This document shows positions 1 through 12,902 of a DNA stretch of 64,000 bases, in pieces. Origin of the DNA: Selaginella moellendorffii (taxonomy: Eukaryota; Plantae; Lycopodiophyta); assembly GCF_000143415.4 (NCBI RefSeq), contig NW_003314276.1, positions 106,766 to 170,765 of the forward strand, read 5' to 3'. Under the pieces are notes generated by a model, which saw nothing but the letters and a program-made list of their open reading frames with translations, did not search any database and was not told the DNA's origin. Each line of letters begins with the position of its first letter. Position 1 is the stretch's first letter. The translations under genes were made by a program, and so were the position numbers.

Positions 1-299
1 CCACCCTTGCTGCTCTGGGTGTCACCCAGCTTACAAAAGTGTGATATGCCCCTGCCTGCAAGGACATAAAGAGAGAAGCTAGAGGCCCTAACCCTCTTGA
101 GCAAAGAAACTAAACCTGTCAGTAAGGTTTAGATAGACTACTGTAAACAAGCAGTTAGAGTTGTTTACACGGTCACGCCTTTTTAAACAGAATAAAGAAT
201 ATTGATAGAGAGGTGGGTGATGTGACTAGTCGACAGTAGCTACCCCATGACTAGAGATTTCACGATGCACATGAAGTGCCAAAGTTAGTCTACCTATAC

Positions 300-3260
300 T
301 GGCCCAAGTTCAAAGATCAATAGATGAACAATATCAAAGTCAGAGACAATGATATCTTAGAGACTTAATTATTAGTGAATAAAATTTAAATTAGAACACA
401 AAAGTATTCCAAGTAAGTTATCATCCGATAAACCAGTATTATAGGATAGAAACCACTAAGATCACTATAATTAGAAAACATAGGATTCACCATCTAATAA
501 AATTCAATAGTAAATATATCATCAACTCAATGAGAAAACTTAACTACCAAAGATTGTAGACAGTATGCTAAATAACTTAACCAAACATAACTTAAAGAAC
601 ATAAAGTATCCTTAACCAACAAGCATAATACTCACGAATGTATCACCCGAAGAAAATAACATCCTAATCTATCAAAACTGACTTTAGTAACAATCAATAG
701 AACCGAATGAATGTGGTACGACTAACAAACACTTAGTTATACCAACCATCACACAAGCCAATCTAAATAAATTCTGGTCAACAATACAAAAGAACCTAAG
801 TTGCTTTAGTAAGCGTCAGCAACATCCTGCTGATGTCTCAAACCTAAGAGACCAATCCAAAGCAAACCACAAAGAACATGTGGTATTGTAAAAAGCCATA
901 AACCATCAAAGAGAACAACTAACCATCATGAAATATCATCAATCATCCCATCAATAAAGAGATACATAATCATCATCGAAGAAAGAATCCACCATCCTGA
1001 AGAATGGCAAACCATTTTATATTAATAATAATCAAAAAAATCCTTTAACAAGGATAATCAACTATCCTAGATAATAATCAATCATCATCAATGATTGCCA
1101 GATGTAAATACTAATTTCATTATTAAAGCTAATGAGCCGAAATACCTTCCCCCAACAACTTTTAACAAATGAAACAATGAGCATAAAAAACTCAAAGAAC
1201 CAAAAACTTAAAGAAGCATATAGCTAAATCTTGCCTAACAATGATTACAAACTTCATATGAACTAACTTCAATGCTAAAGAAAAAAATCATGGCACAATC
1301 CATAATATCCTCCTCAACACATCCATAAGCTAAACTTCATAATGCAAAACTAATGAAGAGCATATTTGCATCAATCCAAAAGCCAAACACAATGAAGCTA
1401 TGCTTAACAAGTGAACACTAAACAATCTTCCATGAATCCATCTATAACAAGATGTAGCTCATTTCATAACAAGCCCAAGAAAAATCATCAATGATTAATA
1501 TATCCCAGCTAAAATCTAATAAGGACTCAGCATCTTTAATATCGATCACTAACTCTTCTTCTTATAAAGTTAGTATAGTCCATGACTAAATCACTTTTCA
1601 AAGAAAAGCCAAAGTTGAACCTCTACAAGGCATCACTTCAATGCCATCAACACCATAACAAGCTAGAAATCCGAGACTAAACCTTCAATAATACTTAGTT
1701 ACAGATAACACATCATCAAGAAGTGAATCACCACATCCAAGAGTCAATGAAATCTAACACTACAGTCTAAATATAACCAAATGATATTAACAGAGGTAGA
1801 GTCAATATGCCAACATGGAAAACCCATGTAAGTCAAACGACTTGATCCTTTGCAACACTATCTGGTAAAGCAAGCCCATCATTGCTAAATCATCATCGAG
1901 CAAAGCAAGTGTCAATAGTCCTTGACAAAGTCTATAAGTACTCATTAATCGTAAAGCAACTAACAATCACTCCTCAACTTGCTTTCACAAGACCCAAACA
2001 CCAACTCTTCTCATCAAGTTATATACTTGTCCAACATGAACGTGATACCCCAGGTATGAGATAAAAGTTTATAGACAAGCAAAAACTAAATGACCACTCG
2101 AATCCAACTCAACCACAATAAGCTTACTAAAACATTTAGCCACTAGATCTGAGCATGCCTTGAAAAAGCTAGCTATGCAATCAACACTCAATCAAAACTA
2201 AAGTGAAGAATATGAGATGGACTTATGTTGATACACAACCTCCTCATAGACAAAACTATAGTACGGGTACCAACAACTCAACCTCAAATAACTAAGTTAG
2301 ACATCACCATCCTCACCAAGGCGCAGGGCTACCAAGACCAAGTCAAGATCAGTGAAAACTCACTACTCTCATAGAGTCTAACAAATTGCAAGGTGCAACC
2401 TACCACCAAGCACAACGCTACAAAAGAAAGGCACAAGAGTCACCCTTCTTAAAAAAGCGCAATGGCCACTTTTTTATATCAACTCCAGACTCTATCCAAC
2501 TCAATTACCTTAGCCCAAAAGTTAGCATCCCTTTCGGTTTGCATCATACAAACTACCTACTAAAGTTTAAGCCAACCAAAGTCAACTCCAACCCCTTCAC
2601 TAGTTTGTACTCGCTTATGAAAATGGATTGGTTTTCTAGCAAAGTGATCAACAGATCAGCCATTGGAAAAGTCTACGAAAATTTGTGGAAAATTTTTTCT
2701 ATCCTAGAGAAAAAATGACTCTCAGTCTAGGAATGCAAACTTTTAAGACTCTACCAACTTCTTCCTACCAACAACTTCACATAGGTTCACCTCAATATAA
2801 ATTCTTATGACCCACAGTATGTCTAAGTATTGAATATCTTTACCCATTTTTTCGACATCCAACACCGACATCCGCAAAATGCAAAATAAACATCTAAAGC
2901 TTGATCACGAAAACCATATCTTCATATATCTATATTGCACTAACATTCTTCTTCAACCACTTTCAAGATTCAATGTGAAGCCAAAACATTAACAAGAAAA
3001 ATGACATAGAAAATCAAGGTCCAGGGAAAATTCTTTATCACTCAAAACAATAATACCACTTTCACTAACACATGTGCTAGCGATGTTAATGCCTCAACTG
3101 CACATCTTCTCCATTCAACAATCTACTCTAAGTGCTAACAGATAAACTAACCAAGTTATAGCAAGTGAATGCTATAACCTTTTCCTAACACCTCAATGGG
3201 CAAACTCAAGGAATTAAGGAATCAACTTAAGTTTAGCATAATAGATCATTATTGAGAACC
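300..3260. mobile_element. Degenerate repeat family D (unidentified, probably LTR-element internal region), copy 1
   Basis: 1878-3260 is a diverged inverted copy of 4775-6085, and 3050-3170 recurs at 45952-46075. The A/C-rich strand reads like an old ORF broken mostly by TAA/TAG codons. No recognisable domain. Confidence 0.55.
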
Positions 3261-3261
3261 T

Positions 3262-3991
3262 AGTGGAGCTTGGGCTTAGACCCAAGCCAGACGCAAAAAA
3301 AAGACAGGCACGCAAGTGGGAGCTAGACTATGCCTCAAGTTAGTTGACCATGCCCTACTTACCCATTATCCCTACTATACATTTGGAACCCCCCATAGCC
3401 CCCCTCCCCCCCTTGAGGAACACACGCTTTGGACTTTCACCCCAAGCTTCCCTTAGTATCAGGAGTTAGTCTTTGGGACAAGATCGAAACTTACTAAATA
3501 TGGAATGGCGCTAGATTCTGAATTTGAACACAGAACGAACACCATTGTGTTCAGGACAATCTCTACATTCCGCAGATATGCCAAATGGGTAAATCTAGAC
3601 ACTTTCCATAAATAACATTTGGGACTGAAATGAGACTAACACAAAGGGCATGATAGTGAGGGTGTTTGGCAAACAAGGTAAGATATCATCTAGCGAATAT
3701 TGAGGGACCAATCTCAATATCCCGAAGGTTCTTGATACTAGCAAGTGCAAGCCAATGACAGAAGTTTCTCAAACCAGGTCGAGTATGCTCAACAAGAAAC
3801 ACATAGGGTTCCTACCTAATGTTTATCCCATTTAAGTATACGGTCAATGACCAATTTCTCAACTAGCTTAAGTGGGAATTAATAATGGGTCCCACAATAC
3901 CGACCTCTTGCCATCGTGGCAGTAAAGAAAAAAGTGTCCGTAAGGACTAGCCGACAGGTAACTTTCGATACCCGAAGTTACATTCGCGACA
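3262..3991 (-). mobile_element. Solo LTR, family B
   Basis: Similar to 50067-50712 (+) and 61554-62275 (-). Begins TGTCGCGAATG on the minus strand and contains the GGGGTGAAAG(T/C)CCAAAGCGTG...TCCAAATGTATAGTAGGG promoter-like core. Confidence 0.7.
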
Positions 3992-4124
3992 GGCACCATT
4001 CTACACAAGCCAGAAGCACTGCAGTTGGTTTCCCTTCCGAGAGTGGGAGCTACTCTTGAGCACTTCCTTAGGTGGCACCACCCGAGTCCATGCTCACTCC
4101 CACCTAAAGTGTGAGTGCGAATGC

Positions 4125-6085
4125 AAGTTTGATGTTTAGTCAAAGTTAAAAACCTAAAAGATCAAGTTCATAAAGACAAAAGATCAAACACAAAAATCAT
4201 CTTCTTTTTTTTAAGAGATGATTCGCAATAAGGTGTGACTTATTTGCTTGAGTTCATATCCTATAGTCAGAGTCACTAATTTGATACATGTTGGTTGTGG
4301 TGGTCTTACAAGTTATGCATCATGAGATAGATAATGGTGAAGCATTAAACCATTTACTTAGGCTTGCTATTGGAAGGCTTAAGTTGCAATGCTCAATTTT
4401 TTTATGGGAAATCTTGTTATTGCTCCTTGAGTAGTTTTGTATTGGATTAGTTTTGAGTTTGATCAAAAAAAGAGTGGCATAAGCTTAGCGATGTTGTAAA
4501 TAAAGTTAGTGGTGTTAAGTGTTGTAAATCTCTATCGATGATATTACATTTTGTCAATAATAGTTGGCACTTGATACTAACATAGACCTTTGTAATAGTG
4601 ATATACACATTATTTATGGTATTGCTCAATTGATGATCAAGTCATTGTGAATTCTATATCATATCCTAGTGATTCTAAGCAATGTTTTTACAAAGCTGTA
4701 TAGTCAATGATAATCAACATCAAAGTGGTTGATGGTAAAGTTAGTCTAATTGCAGCTAAGGTACCAACATATGTCTAGTATAATGGATCATCTTAGATAA
4801 CCTAATCAAAACTATTATAATGTTACAAGGCTTTGCCTATTGAAATTTAAAAGGTTGTAACATTTATTTGCTATAACATGCTAGTTTATTTATTGGCAAT
4901 TAGAGTAAATTTTTTTATGGAGAAGATGTGTAGTTGAGGTATTGACATTGTTAACACTTTTGTTAGTGGAATTGGTATTATTATATCAAACAATAAGGAG
5001 GTATCCTTACAACTTAATTTTTCATATCATTTCTTTTGTTAGTGTTATAGCTTCATATTGGATCTTAAAGCTAATTGAAGAAAAATATTAGTGCGATATG
5101 AATATCCATAGATAAAGTTTTTATTATCAAGTTTTGGATATTCATTAGCATTTGCAAATATTATTATCAGTATTGGATATTAAGTATACGGGCATGTTGT
5201 TAAATGCTATGTATTTTATTGGGTTTTGAGAATTTGTATTGAGGTCAATCTATGTGAAGTTATAAATAAGAGGAAGTTCGTTGAGTCTTGAAAATTTACA
5301 TTCTTGGATGGAGAGTCATTTTTTATCTAGGATAAAAAATTTCCCATATATTTTCTTAGGCTTTTCTAATGGCTGATCTATTGATTATATTGTTCAAAAA
5401 CCTTTTTTTTTCTTAAGTTATTAGTGAAGGGGTTGAGGCTAAGGCAATTGAGTTGGATGGAGTTTAAAGTTAGCAAAAAAAAATGGTTGCTATGCTTTTC
5501 TAAAAAGGTGACTCTTGTGCCTTTCTTCTGTATCATTATACTTGATAATAAGTTGCATTTTGCATTTTGTTAAACTCTATGAGAATAGTGAACTCTCACT
5601 AATCTCGACTTAATTTTGATGGCCCTACACCTTGGTTAAGGATGGATGGTGATGTCCAACTTAGTTATTCGTGATTGAGGTGTTAGTACCCGTATTATAC
5701 CCTTGTTCATTAAGAGGTTCTGTACTTATATGAGTCCATCTCATGGTCTTAACTTTAGTTTCGATTGAATATTGATCATGCATAGCTATCCTTTTCAGTT
5801 ATGGTTGGAGCTATTAGCTAAACGTATATTGTAGTCTTTATAATTAAAGTACTGTATAATCAGATTCAATAGTCATTTTATCCATACTAATCCATAATCC
5901 TTTATATTTTACTTGTGTGTTATCTTTCTATTGGACAAGTTTTTTAATTGATGACATGAGTTTAATATTATATCTTAGGCAAGTTGAAGAGTGATTATTA
6001 GTTGCTTTACAATTAGTGATTGTTTGTGGACTTTGTTGAGGATTGCTAACACTTTACTTAGCTTGATTATGATTTAGCAGTGATT
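4125..6085. mobile_element. Degenerate repeat family D, copy 2 (inverted relative to copy 1)
   Basis: 4775-6085 is the reverse complement of 1878-3260; 4125-4660 is the reverse complement of ~48480-49070. Confidence 0.6.
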
Positions 6086-6394
6086 GTGCACTTCAACTCC
6101 TTTATCAGCTTAATCTTCTCTTGTGCACCTTTCAAAATGGAAGATGTATATTGTTGTGCCTTCCCATTTCTAGTTGGTTGTGTATGCCGGTAATGACATC
6201 GGTGGCATAGCAGTATCAACAATAACATTTGAGGAAGTCTTCAGCATGAAGCTTGCTCTCTTTAAACTTTCAATCATTTCTTTCAAAAGATTGTAGCTTC
6301 ACTCAACTAGCCACTCCTCTAGCACAGAGTTGTAAGCTCCTTAATTTGAACTTCTTAGGAGGTCATCCAGCCCAATACTATAGAACACTTAACC

Positions 6395-7818
6395 CCAAAA
6401 CAAAATTGTTATTGCTCCCACTATCTAGTAAAATTTGTATTGGACTTTTATGGAACACGCCAATATCCGAGCTTCATCTTGTTCTACACACAGTTGAGTT
6501 AATGAGCAATAATCAAAAGCCACTTCCTCCAATTGGAATGGTCCTCCTAATTATCCTCATGCTGCAAATTTTGCAAATTTTTAGTATTCAACTTATCATT
6601 ATTAAAGACTAGTCATTCTTTTTGCTTTATTGCTTATGCTTCAGCTATGGACAATCAGCCTTGTAATGTCCAAACTCATTGCAATGATGATAACCTTGGC
6701 TATACTTCTTCACAAAAAACTTTTACCTTTTTCTATCCAAAGTAGTTACCATAGACTTAAGCTTGTGATGTTTGTTCCCATTCTTGTGTCCACAGTAATC
6801 ATCCCTACAATTCTCAACAGAAGGACTCATCAAACACTTACAAGATTTATGTTTGTTATTGTCAAGTTGACAAGCCTCATCAAAGAGCTCTTCCAAATTC
6901 TTTGTAGGCAGTACACAAAGTGTTGCTGCATACTTTCATTATAAAAGCCATCAATAAAGAAGGACTTGTTTCAATTTGGATCCTTCATTAGAACATGGCT
7001 AATCAAGTGAGTAAGTTTCTCAATCTAATCCCCAAGCATCATTTTCTCTTGCTAGAAATATCAAAGTTCCATGCAAGCATATTCCCATGTCTTAGTGAGG
7101 CTACAACATAAACAAAAAGAAACCTCAAACTCATCTATAGTAGACACTAATGGTTTCTTGTTTGCAACATAAGACTTGTCAAGCCAATTCCACTACCAAA
7201 AACCTGCATCATGCAAAACCATTGGAATAGCCACTAAAGCCTTTATATCTAGGGTTCCCCTAGTAGCATATTGGCTACCATCACCAGAAAACATTGGAAT
7301 CTTGAGTCAATCTACCAAGAAGTCTTACTTAGAGTGCCACCACATCCAGCCTCAACTACCTCAACATGCCCACGTGTAGTATCCATTATGCCATGCATCC
7401 CATCTTATCTCTTACTGATTTTGATTAAAGATACAACTAATAAACAACATCTAGAATAATCCAAACCTCTACAACTCCATTGGCACCTTCACCGGCACTA
7501 TCATTGACAATAGGATTCCAATATTAATCTTGGTTGGCTATCACAACCAACCTACCTTTGATACCAATATTATGACCCAGTGCTAAAAACAAAAGGTCTA
7601 GTCTCCCTAGACTACACTACGTCTCTATCTTGAAATTCCTCATCCTCCAACCACCCTCAAGCTACCTCAAAGGCTCCATTGCATCACTGCTCTAGGATAA
7701 GTTAAGTTCCTTATCTACCAAACTCATTCACTTAAATAAATAATGTCACTTATTTTAATATACCCTTAAGCTTCCCTTTGACCTACATTGACCACGTTAT
7801 CAAAACTAACACCTAACA
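6395..7818 (-). mobile_element. Ty3/Gypsy family A: LTR (7568-7818), PBS (7559-7566), decayed gag and N-terminal protease
   Basis: Minus strand reads TGTTAGG...CATAATA then TTGGTATCAAAGG. The downstream sequence aligns with gag/PR at 35920-37145 up to the LLDSGS motif, then is cut by a TRIM-G fragment (~6332-6395). Confidence 0.85.
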
Positions 7819-10800
7819 TGTTATGATCTAGCGTGAAAAGACAAAAGTCTATTCTCCCTAGACTACACTATACTTCCTCTTGAGGTTCCTCACCACCCAA
7901 CCACCCCGGAGCTACCTCAAAAGCTCCATTGTGCCGCCACTCCACTATAAGCCCTAAGGTAGGTTATGTTCCTTACCCTAACATGCCTTAATATACCCTT
8001 GAGCTTTCCTTTGACTGACATTGAACACATGGTTAAAGCTGGTACCTAACAATTTTTCCCCTCCCAATGAAAACCTTGTCCCAAGGACTAGTTGTACCGG
8101 TGATCACCCTTTCTGGTGAACCTTGCTCAAGCTGTTGGTCCATCTTCTAGAGCTATATACATCAAGGAGGCATTGGGCTCTTCATTCCAAAATAGTACAC
8201 CTTTCAACTAGTTGATATAAATACTGGATGAATTTTCACCCCAGCTGTTAGCCATATCTAATAAGCTGCCTTACAATGCGCTACCGATGAGAAAGTTTAT
8301 CACTCTTCTCATTCTGCAAAGGAAATAAGGTGTTCTGCCACTCACTTGATGGAAAGATCACTTACATGAAGACAAGATCACTCATTTTATATTCCTAGAA
8401 TTAGCAATGCTCATTAGCAAACTTCTCTACTCTATCATGAGCTACTTGCAAATTCTATTTGCATACCACCAAAATCTCATCAAATTTTATGGTCAGATCA
8501 ACTGCCTCGAAATCAAACTTATCTTGAACATCCTTACTCAAATGCAATCCCAACTCCACTGCTATTCAAAGATGCCTTCCAAACATAGCAAAGTAAGGAC
8601 TTAGCTTAGTTCTACAATGTTAGCTATTATTATAAGTAAATTGCACCAATGGAAGATATAAATCCCATTGTCTCTACCTTTGACTAATGCTATAGTGTAA
8701 GATACCCTTTACCACCAAATTCACATACTCAATTTTTCCATCTGTCTAAAGATGATCTTCATTCGAGAGTTTCAAAGTCACTTGTATAGCATTTGCAAAG
8801 CTCTTCTAAAATCCACTAGTGAACTTTAAATCTTAATCACTAATGATGTCCTCTGGCAAACCAAATTAGGAAAAACCTTCTCCAAGTAAACTATAGCCAA
8901 GTCTAAGGCAGTGACAGTCTTCCAAAGAGCCAACAACCACACATACTTTATCAATTAATCCATTATGACCCATACTTGTTTTTTCTTTGCCTCTATGTTT
9001 GTGGCAAACAAGTGATGAAGTCCATAGAGATACTACACCAACGTCTCTGAGGAATAGGTAAAGGTTGCAAAAATCCCCCTGGCTTCTCCCATGGCATCTT
9101 TACTTGCTGACAAAGCTTGCATGATTTATAATACTTAAGGATATCAGCCTTTATATTCCTCCAATAAAAATTGCACTTAATCAACTCATACGTCTTCTTT
9201 CCCCCAAAATGACCGGCCTCTAAACAATCATGATAGTGGAATAAAACTTGAGTAATTAATGCATCCACCTATGGCAAATATACATAGCCATTGTAGTAGA
9301 GCACACTCAACCAACTACCCAAACTCACTGACCACCTTATGTGTTTGTAATGCTGTCACATAATGAATACAAAATAAAGCATTTGCAACCACATTTAATT
9401 TTCCCAGACGATGCTCAATAGGAAACTCCCCAAACTCCATAATTTTGACCATCTGACAAGCTTGCCTAGTGTTCAACTCCTTCTATATGAAAAGATACAC
9501 AAGAGATTTATAATCTGTCGACACCATAAACATTGCACCATAAAGATAATGCTAGCATGTCTATAAAGCATGAACAATAGAGAGTAACTCTTGCTCATAT
9601 GTAAGATAGTGTTACTTTACGGGATTCAAAATTTAACTCTTATATGCAATAAGCTGTCCCTCTTGCATGAGAACTCCTCCCAATCCATAACCACTTGCAT
9701 CACATGTCAAGGTTTTGATGGATCAACAACTAGAGCCTCACTCAACAACCATTTTAATGCCACAAAACTCTTCTTATGTGGCTTCTTCCACTCAAATGGC
9801 ACATTCTTGAGCAACAACCGTATTAAAGGAATAGCTACCTTCACAAACTTGTACTAGAAACGTTGATAGTAACTAGCCATACCAAGGAAGCTACATAACT
9901 CAGTCACTTGAAGTCAATGTACACCACAGTAGAAGTATTTAGGCATTATCTTCATGAGTTTCTGGAAATTTTCTTGATGATATTCTTGTTTTTAGAAAGA
10001 ATGTAGAGGAGAATAAGGTGCATTTGTGCAAGGTTCTTTTGTTACTATGTGACAGCAAACTTTATGCTAAGAAGAGCAAATGTGAGCTTGCAAAGTTGGA
10101 GGTGGAATAACTAGGCCATATTATGACATCTAAGGGTGTTAAGACGGATCCAAAGAAGGTGGCTGTAGTGGAGAATTCAACGGAGTAAATATGGCTGATA
10201 CATTTGTCAAACCAAATAGCATAATTATAAACTCAAAATGCCTGAAACTTGTGTTGAATGTTGTCTTAGAGATAGATGCATCATCTATTGCAATCTGATG
10301 ATATTCACTCCTCGTATTAATCTTGGTAAACACTTGCACTTCACTAAGTTTGTCTAAGATATCATCCACATATGGTATTAGCATTTTATCCTTCATTGTC
10401 TTCTTATTCAAGGCACGGTAGTCAATACACATCTGCATTGAACCATCCTTCTTCTTCACAAGCAATACTGGAGCACCAAACAGAGACTTACTTGGCTGAA
10501 TAAATCCAAACTCAAGTAGCTCCTTAACTTGTTCTTGAACTTCTTGCTCCTCTCCATAACTCAACCAAAGTGGACGGCAATAAATTAGCCACATCCTTGG
10601 CTCCAACGTAATCTCATGCTCCACATCTTGTAATGGAAGCAACCCATGAGGAAGCTTAGATGGAAAAACATCGGAAAACTTGTCAATTACATCCCATACT
10701 ACTGCTTTTCCCCCACATATGCCTTGTCCCCCAAATCACAAACAAACAACAAATAACTCAAAAGTGCTTTTCCATTATGACAAACCCGCTTCAAAGATGT

Positions 10801-11239
10801 AGTAGAGAGTATAACAACTGGAGGTTGAACTCCCTTTCCAAACCACAAATCTTTAACGCCACGGTACTCTAGTGAGACATATTTAATACTCCACTTTATC
10901 TCTGGATCCACTTTCACTAACCATAGCATCTCAAGAATGAAATTCACATAATGGATATCTATGAGATAAAAAGTTTCCACAAGTGTGGTTTTGCCAACCA
11001 ACACTTTCAACCCCTCTACACAAGCAAGACAAAGATCTAATCTCCCTAGACTATGCTACACCTCCTCTTAAGGTTCCTTACCATCTAACCACCTCTGAGC
11101 TACCTCAAAAGCTCCATTGCACCGCTGCTCCACTGTGAGCCTTAGGGTAGGTTAAATTCCTTACCCTAACATGCCTTAATATACCCTTGAGTTTCCCTTT
11201 GACCAATGTTGACCACGTGGTCAAAGGTGGTGCTTAACA
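7819..11239 (-). mobile_element. Ty3/Gypsy family A: partial LTR (11025-11239), gag deleted, PR C-term/RT/RNase H/integrase pseudogene, PPT, 3' LTR (7819-8051)
   Basis: ORF pieces [28 protein letters not shown] (RT), HDCLEAGHFG...FYW...CKLCQ (IN zinc finger) and ISMDFITCLP (IN). PPT GGGAGGGGAAAAA lies just before the LTR. The LTR matches 35663-35895. Many stops and frameshifts. Confidence 0.9.
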
Positions 11240-11629
11240 TAATAGAGGCAGAGTTTTTTGTCTTTTCATTTGAAAAGAAAGGTACTCCATAGTCATTCAT
11301 GAAGTTGATTATAAAGATATCAACTGGTTCCATGATTGGAGTGATCATTTGATACCAGGAAAAGACTCCAAGAAACCATGAAGCTTTAGACTCTATAAGG
11401 TGTTTTGATTGCACAAAAACTGGTTCCCCAGGTTTGGCACATTCAAATGATAGATTAAAGGGGATGAAGCTGCATAAGTTATTTACACAATTAAACTCAC
11501 TTGAATGAGAAGGTTTCAAGGCTAAATGATGCGCTCTTATAAATCTCAATTGTCATTTCTTGGAGATCCTGGTGTCAGAACGAGGGTATCACAATTTCTA
11601 ATGTAGACATGTGATCAAAAGTTACTCTA

Positions 11630-11667
11630 TTTTTCCCAGTGGAGCTGGGATCCCAGCTACGTGCTAA
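11630..11667 (+). mobile_element. Helitron-like 3' terminus relic
   Basis: TCCCAG-TGGAG-CTGGGA hairpin, overlapping the perfect palindrome AGCTGGGATCCCAGCT, followed by GCTAC/CTAAT. Resembles the terminus at 19824-19849. Confidence 0.4.
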
Positions 11668-12902
11668 TACTTTTTCTTGCCAGATGGACAATACACGTTG
11701 GAGAAATTTTGAATGGAAAGAAATTGGATTCTGACTGCATTCTTTATAAGGCTCCTCTTTCTTGATGTTTAACAAATCTTTAACAGCAGGAAGTTAAGAG
11801 GTGGTGGACAGCACTCTGCCTCCCTTTCCTTCTGTGTGACTTGTTTATTTTTATTTTTATTTGTTTCGTTTTTCCTTTTTTCACTCTAGGCATCCAGTAA
11901 AATTGAATTTCTAGGCAACTGCTATTGAACAAACATTGATGGGCTCGCTTCTTCTTCATTTTTAGCGGTGGCCATAAATATGTCCATTTTTAAGACAAAA
12001 GAAGTACAATGAAGCATTTAAGAAGAAAAGAAATCAAAGAACAAGGAAGACGACGTTTGAGTTAACTTTGTGCTTTGGAGAGCTTGAAGCTTCTTACTTT
12101 GAGAATGGACTGGATTGGCTCCTCTCACTGAGAAGTACGGAGGAGGTAGCTCCTTGTGCGGGCTAGGAAAATTCTAAGTTACCGTGGTGACAGTTTTTGC
12201 TAGCACATACCGATTCTTGTGTCAAAGAGCTATCGCCCCAGCGTTGCAAGAAGAAAAGTGGATTATCACCTCATGTTCGCAGCATATACTGTTCAGCAAA
12301 AGAAAAATGGAAACGTACTTAGAACGTTCTGGCTAATGGTCCTGTGTAGAGGTTTAAAATGGGCGTAAGCACACCAGGTCAAAGCCCTCACCGTGCTCAG
12401 ATCTCGATCACCCTTGCTCGTCGCACTGTTCCCAAGCCAATCCTCTCCCAGCCCTAGCTCCCCCTTTTCTTGCCCCTGCCGCTGCATCCCAAGAACTCCC
12501 ATTGCCCGATCCTCTAACAAACCCATTCTTCCTGCCATGTCGGATTCACTTGTGCCCATGTCATCGTCCACATGTGCCGCTTCGCTTGGCTCATTGTTGA
12601 CCGCTACAGCACGGTCTGTTTTGAATTAGTGGTTCGCACATCTTTATTGTGCGTTCCGGATTTGTTTTGACGGCTAAGATTATAAACAAACTCCTCCGTT
12701 CATACTATTCGATTTGCGGTTTCTGGTCGCGTGGCAACTCATCAATCTCTCAAGGCAAAAGAAGGCCTGAAAGTAAATGTACACAATTTTTACTGAAAAA
12801 TGAAAGTCATGTTGAAAATGTATTGACCGTTGATTGGAGGAGCTCGAGGGAGACGCATCCGCTTGTATATGCCCTAATGTTAGGTTAATCTTCAATTTAG
12901 CA

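Noticed and set aside
12060-12640. Possible minus-strand spliced gene upstream of the PMEI-GH16 gene
   Set aside because: Some splice-like signals, but no consistent reading frame or recognisable homology.
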